From the IMG/VR virus record IMGVR_UViG_3300020215_000004: DNA of 64,000 nt; one strand, 5' to 3'. Shown one piece after another: positions 18,118 through 26,015 of this stretch. How positions within the stretch are numbered: position 1 is the stretch's first letter; each line of letters opens with the position of its first letter. A program made the position numbers and the translations under genes. The notes under the pieces were generated by a model. The model worked only from the letters and a program-made list of their open reading frames with translations, ran no database searches and was not told the DNA's origin. Source of the DNA: a virus.

Positions 18118-19082
18118 GTCGTGCTGGCGACTTTTTCGACCAAGACCGAGGACGACGCGCCCACTGTACGGGATCCGGTGCCAGCCGTGCCATCAAGTCG
18201 TTGCAGCGTGTCGGTCGTTATGGCGACTGTGACGTTAGCAGCGCCCGCGCCATTGATGATCCGGAACCAAAAACCCACCGGCAGAGCGAGGTTTGCGTTG
18301 GAATTGATCGTCAGCGTGCGTGCGTTGGCGTCTGTGTGATAGAACGTCTTGCCCCAATCCGCTTGCACGATGGTGTGGTTGCCGCTGTCGAGTTCGGTCT
18401 TCTGGGGAAAGCCGCGGAAGCCAAACGCGCGGGCGTTAGCCGGCGTTGTCACATCGGCGCCCACGACGCCGCCAGCTCCTGTGGCCTCCGCAACAGCGGT
18501 CGAGTTCGCATAGAGCGTCGGAGTGTTGGCGGATGGCAGCCGCCAGCCGTTGGTGACGGCAATGTCGAAGAGCTGTGCCAGCGTCTGGCGTTTCCAGCGC
18601 TTGCTGTCGGCCGACAGAATGATCGTCGTGCCGTTGTCCGCCGAAGAGGTGTCCGTGGAATCGTAGCGGAACAAACCCCCGCCATCGCCGGCGCTAGTGT
18701 TGGAGATGACGGCTATAAGGGCTGGCGGCGTGGCGCCGAACGTTGTCGCTTGGAGCGTCGCGATCGAAGTCACGATGCCGACCGTATCGGAGGCCACGGA
18801 CGCGGTTTGCACTGGATTGTCGGTGCGCCAGGTCGATCCGTCCGAAAGTTTGATGATCCGTTTGTAGGAGAGCGATGGATCCAGGAAGTGCTTGGGAAAG
18901 ATACCCTTGGCGTCGGTGGCGTTCCCGCCGTTGAGCACCGCCCCTAGCGACGTTGTGAGGGCAGCGTCCGAATAGACGTTCTGCGCCACATCGGAGAGGT
19001 TGTAGTACTCGCATGTGGCGCCCACGCGGACGCCGGACGAGTCGATGACCTGGAGAAACTGTGGGCCGGCCGGTGTCGCCAT
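18090..19082 (-). CDS. tail fibre protein
   Basis: 330 aa. SAGDGGGLFRYDSTDTSSADNGT motif, as in the N-terminal regions of phage tailspikes and fibres. Thr/Ser/Ala/Gly-rich. Confidence 0.55.
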   Translation of the reverse strand: MATPAGPQFLQVIDSSGVRVGATCEYYNLSDVAQNVYSDAALTTSLGAVLNGGNATDAKGIFPKHFLDPSLSYKRIIKLSDGSTWRTDNPVQTASVASDTVGIVTSIATLQATTFGATPPALIAVISNTSAGDGGGLFRYDSTDTSSADNGTTIILSADSKRWKRQTLAQLFDIAVTNGWRLPSANTPTLYANSTAVAEATGAGGVVGADVTTPANARAFGFRGFPQKTELDSGNHTIVQADWGKTFYHTDANARTLTINSNANLALPVGFWFRIINGAGAANVTVAITTDTLQRLDGTAGTGSRTVGASSSVLVEKVASTTWGISGVYT

Positions 19083-19117
19083 GCCCGGATTTTAGGCGAG
19101 CGGGCCCGTTGGCGGGG

Positions 19118-19417
19118 TTAGGAGATGATGACCCGATCCTGAACGCGCCGCCAGTTTGCCGACCCATCCCAGAAAACCAACGTCGCTCCTCCGGTCTCGT
19201 TCGAGCAGAGCGCGATGGCTGGGCCGTCCGGGGTGATGGCGTTGAGTTCGGCAACGGTCTTGGACTTGATCGGCAGGTAATCGGCCGTCTCGCCGCCGGT
19301 ACGATCGATCAAGTCGTTGAGCCGCTCGAGCGCGTCGCGCGCCAAACTCAGCAACCTGCTGACGAATGGCTTTGACGGATCGAAATAAACAACCGCGCGC
19401 GTGGTGATGATGCTCAT
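19118..19417 (-). CDS. small tail-associated protein
   Basis: 99 aa, ATGA-coupled to the ParB-GNAT ORF, directly upstream of the fibre. N-terminus MSIITTR resembles the tailspike N-terminus MSIITRR. Confidence 0.45.
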   Translation of the reverse strand: MSIITTRAVVYFDPSKPFVSRLLSLARDALERLNDLIDRTGGETADYLPIKSKTVAELNAITPDGPAIALCSNETGGATLVFWDGSANWRRVQDRVIIS

Positions 19418-20751
19418 GCGGACATGCGCTGCGCGAGCGCCTCCCTCAGCGAGAGGGCGCCGGCAGGGAGCCCTATTGCGAGCGCCGCAAGGCCACCGCT
19501 GCCGTTAAGACCGTTGGGAGCGGGCGGATTTTTGTCGAAGTAAAGCGATGCGTCGTAGGCGTCGATGCTCTCGGCGCCGCGCGCTTGGGCGGCGGCGAGC
19601 CGGTGATGCCCATCAATGATGTCATAGCCGCCGCGCTTGTTCCGGCGCACGATGATCGGGTCGTGATCTGGGTTCGCGACATACTCGTCCACCCAGAGCT
19701 GTTCGGGCGCCGTGTGATCCGTTCGCCGGATTTGGCCGAGCGGGACTGAACGCCTCGGCATCGGTTGCGTCGCAAGGCCAGTTTCGTCGAGGCGGCTGAG
19801 ATTGACTCGCGCCCGGCGCAGGGCGCCGATGACAAGACTGGCCGGCCCGCCGCCCGGCCCAAACCCGCCCTCATCCGCCAAGTCTTGCAGGCTCGGTCCG
19901 AACTGTCCCCCGCCTCCCGCTCCTCCGTCAGGCAATGCGGGAGGGCGTGGTTCAGTGGCGACGCGGAAGCGTCCAAACGGCAACGGCTCGACAGTGTAGC
20001 CGCGCCGCTCCAGGGCCGCGTAAATGTTGCGCGCGTCCCCTGAGAGTCCCGTTCCGCTTTCCACCCAGGGCACGCCGTTCGCACGAGCGTCGGCAAGCAT
20101 TTGCTCGTAAGCGCGGATGCCCAAGCCCTTACCACGCATCTCCTCTGGCAAGTATGATCCCATGACGTGCCAGCTATTCGGGTCCACCGGCTCCGGCCCA
20201 GGCCGTCTCTGGTAAGAAAGCGGCGCTACGCCATCCACACGCGAATGAACGGTATCGCCGCGCTCGAAAAGCCCGGTCCCGAACTGTCCCCCGCCCGCAT
20301 CTCCCGCGTCGAGCCGTTCTGGACGCCCTGTGAACTGATCCAGGTCCACCGTTTCTATGTCGCGTTGTCCGCGAAGGCGCGCAGCTTCCACACGATGGCG
20401 TCCGTCCACGAGCGCGCCGGCGCGCGTAAGAACGGGCGGGATCGGCGTCTCCCGCGCGGCGAACTCAGCGGCCAGTTCAGGCTGCTCCAAAAACTGCGGA
20501 TTGCGTGAGAGGATGTCGTCGATGGCTTGGCGGCCGACTTGCACGGGGCCGTCTTCGTAACCGCGCGGACCCCAGCGGCTGAGGTCGATGCGAACAGGCT
20601 CCGGCAGTTCGTCGAACGAAACGGAGCGCGGGCCAAAATCCGGAAACTCCCCGCTGACGCGCTCCGCAAGCGCCTGGCGCAATGACGGCGCGCGCTCGGG
20701 GCCGCGCGTAGCCCCGCCCATCAGCGCTAGGAGAGCGCGCCTGAGGCTCAT
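19414..20751 (-). CDS. ParB/Srx-like - GNAT - ParB/Srx-like three-domain protein with LRxAL termini
   Basis: ALVDGRHRVEAARLRG and YDIIDGHHRLAAAQARG (ParB-type DGxHR). Central MRGKGLGIRAYEQML (GNAT motif A). Termini MSLRRALLAL / SLRQALAERV and LSLREALAQRMSA. Confidence 0.6.
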   Translation of the reverse strand: MSLRRALLALMGGATRGPERAPSLRQALAERVSGEFPDFGPRSVSFDELPEPVRIDLSRWGPRGYEDGPVQVGRQAIDDILSRNPQFLEQPELAAEFAARETPIPPVLTRAGALVDGRHRVEAARLRGQRDIETVDLDQFTGRPERLDAGDAGGGQFGTGLFERGDTVHSRVDGVAPLSYQRRPGPEPVDPNSWHVMGSYLPEEMRGKGLGIRAYEQMLADARANGVPWVESGTGLSGDARNIYAALERRGYTVEPLPFGRFRVATEPRPPALPDGGAGGGGQFGPSLQDLADEGGFGPGGGPASLVIGALRRARVNLSRLDETGLATQPMPRRSVPLGQIRRTDHTAPEQLWVDEYVANPDHDPIIVRRNKRGGYDIIDGHHRLAAAQARGAESIDAYDASLYFDKNPPAPNGLNGSGGLAALAIGLPAGALSLREALAQRMSA

Positions 20752-22178
20752 TTCACAATCTCGTTCGCCCAGACGCCTGAGAAGGCAAAGCCAACCGGAT
20801 CTGGGATGCGGATTTTCACCAGCAAACCGTCAGCGGCGTTGGCGAGGCCAAGCCGATGCACCGTTGGGCGTACATTGTAGTGGCCCGCCGCGCCCAAGCT
20901 CACTTGCCGCTCGACACCAAGCTGCACGAGACTGTCTATGGTCCCGCCATCACGGTAGAAGGTGATGTAGGCTTTCGGAGCCGATCCCGTTCCAGAGAGC
21001 GGTTGGCCGAATGTTTTGATATCCAGCGTAATGCTCGAGATGGGCATGGGCTCGGAAACGGCGATGTGCGCCATGATGATGCGCTCGATCGGCGAGCCGT
21101 CATCGGTGTATTTGTCGTTGTCCCAAGTGTAGATCGTGTCGTCGTCGCTCGCGGCAACGACGTGCCGGCCGAAGAAGCGAGCGTAGTGTGCGATGTCGAA
21201 ACGTTCTTCGCCCATGGCCGTGCGCCGATGCCAGCGGCGCGTGAGAGCGTCGAACACATAGGCTTGGCCGTCCGGCAGCCGGCACACGAAATACTGATGG
21301 CTGCCGTCTCCATAAGCGAAGCACTGCACAGCCGAACTCTCCGGCTCGCCGAACTCCTGCAACGCAGCTTCCAGGTCGCGGTTAACGACGCGCTGAGGCA
21401 CATAGCCGTTGAGTTCGTAAACCGCGCGATCATCGCCGACGAACATGGCGTAGCTGTCGAGCTTGGCCCAGGCGTCGCGGCCGACAATGCCGCGGTTGAT
21501 GATGATCGATGGCAGCGTGTCGAAAGCATCGGCGTCCGATCCGCCCACGGCGCGCCATGGCTGTGTTGAGTCCGCGCCGAAGTGAAAGATGTCGCCGCCG
21601 ATCTCGGCTTGCGCGCGAATCTCGTCCGGATAGCGGGCCGAGGCGGCAAAGCCGGTCGCCGGCCAGTTCGTTGCATCTCCCACTGCGCTCCAGTCGAACG
21701 TGTCCGATCCCTGTTCGCTGGTCAGGATGCGGTCGGCGAGCGAGGCCAGCGTGTAGGCGTCCGAAGGAAAGTCCGCATCGACGTTAGTCGTGAGCGAAGA
21801 GCCGTCCCAAACGTAAAGCGTGCCCGATGAGAGGATGACGAGATTGGCGCCCAGCCGGTCCATAAGCACGCGGCCGGTGCCGGCGATCGTCCCGCGCGAT
21901 GTTGCGGTCCAGGTTTCATTGATGGAATAGAGCGTGTTGCCGGCGACGACGAACAGAAGGCCGCTTTGCACGCCGGGACGTGAGAACACGCCTCGTATGA
22001 GGCTGCCCGCGGCCGGCGTGACGCGCGCCGTCATGCCTTGCGTCGGCACGATCACGAATGGGCTTTGCTTGCCAGCGCCTTCGGCTTGTGGCTCGAGCGT
22101 GACGTTCTTCAGCACCATGGGCACAAGGCCCTTGGCGGAGCGGTCGTCCGAGGTCATGGCCAGTGGGAAGTAGGTCAT
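20748..22178 (-). CDS. tail hub protein, P22 gp10-like (tail accessory factor)
   Basis: 476 aa, the same size class as gp10. Repeated beta-propeller-like blades. Partner of the gp4-like adaptor. Translationally coupled on both sides. Confidence 0.5.
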   Translation of the reverse strand: MTYFPLAMTSDDRSAKGLVPMVLKNVTLEPQAEGAGKQSPFVIVPTQGMTARVTPAAGSLIRGVFSRPGVQSGLLFVVAGNTLYSINETWTATSRGTIAGTGRVLMDRLGANLVILSSGTLYVWDGSSLTTNVDADFPSDAYTLASLADRILTSEQGSDTFDWSAVGDATNWPATGFAASARYPDEIRAQAEIGGDIFHFGADSTQPWRAVGGSDADAFDTLPSIIINRGIVGRDAWAKLDSYAMFVGDDRAVYELNGYVPQRVVNRDLEAALQEFGEPESSAVQCFAYGDGSHQYFVCRLPDGQAYVFDALTRRWHRRTAMGEERFDIAHYARFFGRHVVAASDDDTIYTWDNDKYTDDGSPIERIIMAHIAVSEPMPISSITLDIKTFGQPLSGTGSAPKAYITFYRDGGTIDSLVQLGVERQVSLGAAGHYNVRPTVHRLGLANAADGLLVKIRIPDPVGFAFSGVWANEIVK

Positions 22179-22747
22179 CAGGCCGCCCTCGCTCGATTTG
22201 CAAGAGCCTCGCGAAGCGTCATGCCAGCCGCGCCGCCGCCTCCAAGCATTAGAAGCAACTGCCTGATCTCGACTGGGTCGTTGATTACAAACGTGCCGTC
22301 CTTGCGCCGCATGAAGTTCTGCGGCCCCATGTCATAGAAGTAATTAGGCGAACCTGGCGGCAGAGTTTCCTTAAGGTGCTCGTCGAGACTGCGCATAGTC
22401 TCCAGCAACGGCGCGCGTTGTGGATCATCGTCAGCGAGCCCCGTTAGGAAGAACTCTCCATTTTCCCGCCCTATCCGTGCGCGTGTATCGTTCGGCTCTA
22501 ATTTGTCCGCGCTAAACCGAAGGAGCGCGCCGGCGCGCTCCATCTCGCTCGGATTTGGCAAGTGACGCGCAGCAGGCAAACCTTGCGCATGCTGCGTGCG
22601 AGCCCAGCGCAAAAATGCTTCCGTAACCGGGTTAGGCGCCATCTCCACAACCACGCGTTCGGGGTCGATGGCGTCTGCAAACACCGTCTTGGAGCGCCCG
22701 CGCCCTATCTCAATGAGCGCGCGACGAAGGGCGGCGGACGCGCTCAT
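22178..22747 (-). CDS. minimal protein-kinase-like fold protein with LRxAL termini
   Basis: IGRGRSKTVF (Gly-loop-like). YDMGPQN-x12-ND reproduces the D-x4-N-x12-D catalytic/Mg-binding spacing of kinases. Termini AALRRALIEIG and MTLREALANRARAA. Confidence 0.4.
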   Translation of the reverse strand: MSASAALRRALIEIGRGRSKTVFADAIDPERVVVEMAPNPVTEAFLRWARTQHAQGLPAARHLPNPSEMERAGALLRFSADKLEPNDTRARIGRENGEFFLTGLADDDPQRAPLLETMRSLDEHLKETLPPGSPNYFYDMGPQNFMRRKDGTFVINDPVEIRQLLLMLGGGGAAGMTLREALANRARAA

Positions 22748-23253
22748 GCGCCCATCCGTTCAGCAAGGATTTCCCTGAGCGTGATCGCGCCAACGGGCGC
22801 GGCCACACCAAGGCCAGCCAACAGATCGGCGCTCTCTAGCCGCGCCGGATCGAACGCTGCGAAGATTGAACGGATGTCGGCGGGATTTTCCACCCGCACG
22901 TCGCTGTCGCGAAAGCCTGTAGGAATGGCTTTGTCGCGCCGCACGAACACCGGAATGACGTTCGCGCCCTCAGCGCCGCGGACACCGTTCTCCATTTCGG
23001 CAATATCCGACGCCCTTCTGGCGTCCCGCGTGAGATAGACGCCTGGCCCCCAGCCGGCGTGACGCGCAGGCTCGAACGCGTCGAACTCGCTCCTTGTGCC
23101 ATGGTAGAAAACGTCGTCGGTGTCGAAACCTTGCTCGCGAGCACGGGAGAGCCGTGCGCCGTTTTCATCCAGAGCGCCAAAGAGCGAACGCGGCCAGCGG
23201 CCCGCCGTGGCCATCAGCCTTTCAGCCAAAGCTCTACGCAGGGCCGCACTCAT
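22744..23253 (-). CDS. H-Y-E type ADP-ribosyltransferase-like protein with LRxAL termini
   Basis: FYHGT ... GVYLTRD ... VRVENP fits the H / Y / E triad context of PARP and polyvalent-protein ARTs. Termini AALRRALAERLMA and ITLREILAERMGA. Confidence 0.4.
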   Translation of the reverse strand: MSAALRRALAERLMATAGRWPRSLFGALDENGARLSRAREQGFDTDDVFYHGTRSEFDAFEPARHAGWGPGVYLTRDARRASDIAEMENGVRGAEGANVIPVFVRRDKAIPTGFRDSDVRVENPADIRSIFAAFDPARLESADLLAGLGVAAPVGAITLREILAERMGA

Positions 23254-23453
23254 GCCATCTGCTCAGCGAGCGGAGGCTTGCCGGCTCGCAGCAAACCGCC
23301 CGACGCCGGCGCCGCACGGCCCAGCATCCGCGCCAATGCTTCGATCACGGCCGCTCGCGACATGCAGAAAAGTATAAGCGTCAGTGACTTGCTGGCGGGC
23401 TTGCGCTGCCGCCCAACCCCGCCGCTCGCTCCGGATCGCGATAATCGCGGACC

Positions 23454-26015
23454 ATGAGCATCATCACTCGCCGCGGCATCTTGCAGGACGGCATCGGCAG
23501 AGAGTACGTCCGCTCCAGCTACGGCGGTCGGCGCAAAATTCTCTCGGACTGGATTGGCGATCTCGCCGACAGCACGACGCAGACCGTCGCCACCAAGGCG
23601 GCGCTCAAAGCGCTCGACACGAGCCTTGGCTATGCTTCCGTATTTGTTCAGGGCCGCACGTCAGCCGGTGACGGCGGCGGCGGTCTCTTCCGCTGGTCTT
23701 CCTCAAACAACAGCGCCAATGTAACGGCCGACACGCTCGAAGGCATCTACATTGCCCCAGATAGCGACACGGATGGGTCATCCGGCGCGTGGGTTCGCGC
23801 GGATGTGAACTTCATCCTGCCAGAATGGTTCGGCGGAAAGGCCGATAACTCGACTGACAACGCGACGGTCTTCACAGCGACCGAGACGATGGCGGATCGG
23901 CTGGACAAACGGCTTGTCTGGTGGCTGGGCGAGAACTATCGCTTCAACTCAACAGTCACAGCCACGAAAGACAGTATTCATCACGAGGGCGCTGGCGCGC
24001 GCCAGACCGCTTGGACGTTCAACCATACGAACGACGGGGTGCAGATCGGAACCAGCGCGCTTCACGTGCGCGACAATCGCTTTGACGGCATCCGCTATCT
24101 GCAAGCTAGCGGCTCCGGCTATGCGTTCAACTACTACAATGGCCGCAATCTTCAGATCATCGATGCGGCGGGCTCCTCCGTTCGCAACTGGATGAAGGTC
24201 GGTAGTCAGTTTATCGCAGTTTCTGGGGCGGTGAACAATGGCTCAGGGCTCATCCGCCTCACGCTTGCAAGCGATGCATTTGCCACGGGTGACATCGTTT
24301 ATGTGAACGCGGTTGGTGGCGTTAGCGCGGCTACTGGACAATGGACGCTGACCCGCATCTCTTCTGGTGTTTACGATCTACAGGGCTCGACCTTTGCTGG
24401 TGCATATACTTCAGGCGGGCGCGTCGCGCCACACGTGACGCAGCTCACGCATGAATGGGATGGCAATAGCATCACGACGAACGCCACCTATGCGTTTGAC
24501 ATCTACAGCATCAGCGGCACGGTGCGCTTTGGGGGTAAGCCTCTCTGGGAAAACGGCAACACATCGAGCGCCATCCCAGTTGACGGCACCATCTGGATGA
24601 ACATTCGCCGCGCCACGACCGTCTATGATCGGCTAGACTGGATCGAGGGCGCGACTGGAGGCCGACTTTACGACATATCTATCAAGATTGACAACACGCG
24701 AGTCGTTGCGATCGAAATCACGCGCGGTCATTTTGATGGACCGAAGACAGCTTTTCTGCACGTTGATCTTTCGAACGCGGATGCCACGGGCGGCGGCTTT
24801 GGCGATTGGCGCTTCCCTGGATATACACGTGTTGGTGCGGATGGCACGCACTGCAAGCAACTTGTGAAAATAACAATGGGCGCCGGAACAGGCGATCTCC
24901 TGTTCTTTGATAGATTGAACGCCAGCGGCGTTTTCCCATCTGATGCTGGGTCGAACACTCCTGCGATCGACATTGATGGCGGCTCCGGCGGCATTAAGCG
25001 CGTGAGCTTTCATGGCCTTTGCTGCAATTTGCGGCCATCTGCCGGCACGCACGATATTGGACGCATCAAGGGCAAGGTAAACATCATCGTCGATGATACG
25101 CAGGCGCTGAAGCAGGATGGTGCTGGCGCGGCGCGTGACGTTTGGCGGCTGGACAGCGATTATGTCGGGTCAGCCGTTATTAATTCAGTGCAATCGGACG
25201 GTCTCTCGGGTCACTGCCTCACTGCCGTAACTGGCATCACTGCGTCGACCGCAAGGATCATCGGCCGTGACCTGCAAAATCTCACGACCGAAGCAAACCG
25301 GGTCAGCGACGCCGATGGAATTGTTCTGGTTGACGTGGCGCCATCGCTTGGCGGCGTGAAAGCTGCAGACCTTGCATCAGTGGCGGGCACGACAGATCTT
25401 TCGGCCGTGCGCGGGGATTTTGTCGATATCACCGGCACGAATGGGATTACGGGGCTTGGCACAGAACGCAAAGGCCGCCGCGTCTGCTGCCGGTTCACCG
25501 GCGCTCTCACAATGACACACAACGCCACGTCGCTCATTCTGCCGGGCGGTGTAAATCGCACGACTACAGCAGGCACGATTGCCGAGTTTTTGTCGCTCGG
25601 TTCTGGGAACTGGGTCTGCACCTCGTGGATGAACGGTGATGATGCGCTTCTAGCGGGTGGCGAAGGCGCATCGGGTCATCGGGCGGCGCTCATTCGCGGC
25701 ATCCGACCTGTCTTGTCGATGACGGACGACAGCGCCATTTCGAGCGACGCTATTGCGTCGGGCACGTCGGGCCTGCTGATCCTAACATTGACGAGTGGCG
25801 AATATCTGCTTGCGCAGTTCGAAACGTCCGGCACCGCAACGCTGACATCGATCTCCGCTCACGCCAATATCAACGTCACGACGGGCGCGCTTACGGGTAC
25901 GACAGGCACTGACGCCAAGTTCAATGTGGCTATCCACACTGATCGCAAGATATATTTCGAAAACCGGCTTGGCGCCACCACGGTGCTGACAGCGTTTCTC
26001 ATGTCATCTCTCTAA
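23454..26015 (+). CDS. tailspike / depolymerase with right-handed beta-helix
   Basis: 853 aa. TSAGDGGGGLFRWSSSN ... PEWFGGKADNSTDN (pectate-lyase-3-type N-terminal signature). Long repetitive beta-rich body. Confidence 0.65.
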   Translation: MSIITRRGILQDGIGREYVRSSYGGRRKILSDWIGDLADSTTQTVATKAALKALDTSLGYASVFVQGRTSAGDGGGGLFRWSSSNNSANVTADTLEGIYIAPDSDTDGSSGAWVRADVNFILPEWFGGKADNSTDNATVFTATETMADRLDKRLVWWLGENYRFNSTVTATKDSIHHEGAGARQTAWTFNHTNDGVQIGTSALHVRDNRFDGIRYLQASGSGYAFNYYNGRNLQIIDAAGSSVRNWMKVGSQFIAVSGAVNNGSGLIRLTLASDAFATGDIVYVNAVGGVSAATGQWTLTRISSGVYDLQGSTFAGAYTSGGRVAPHVTQLTHEWDGNSITTNATYAFDIYSISGTVRFGGKPLWENGNTSSAIPVDGTIWMNIRRATTVYDRLDWIEGATGGRLYDISIKIDNTRVVAIEITRGHFDGPKTAFLHVDLSNADATGGGFGDWRFPGYTRVGADGTHCKQLVKITMGAGTGDLLFFDRLNASGVFPSDAGSNTPAIDIDGGSGGIKRVSFHGLCCNLRPSAGTHDIGRIKGKVNIIVDDTQALKQDGAGAARDVWRLDSDYVGSAVINSVQSDGLSGHCLTAVTGITASTARIIGRDLQNLTTEANRVSDADGIVLVDVAPSLGGVKAADLASVAGTTDLSAVRGDFVDITGTNGITGLGTERKGRRVCCRFTGALTMTHNATSLILPGGVNRTTTAGTIAEFLSLGSGNWVCTSWMNGDDALLAGGEGASGHRAALIRGIRPVLSMTDDSAISSDAIASGTSGLLILTLTSGEYLLAQFETSGTATLTSISAHANINVTTGALTGTTGTDAKFNVAIHTDRKIYFENRLGATTVLTAFLMSSL

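Noticed and set aside
17979-18947. 322-aa plus-strand ORF antisense to the tail fibre gene
   Set aside because: Arg-rich shadow ORF. The minus-strand fibre ORF carries recognisable fibre motifs.
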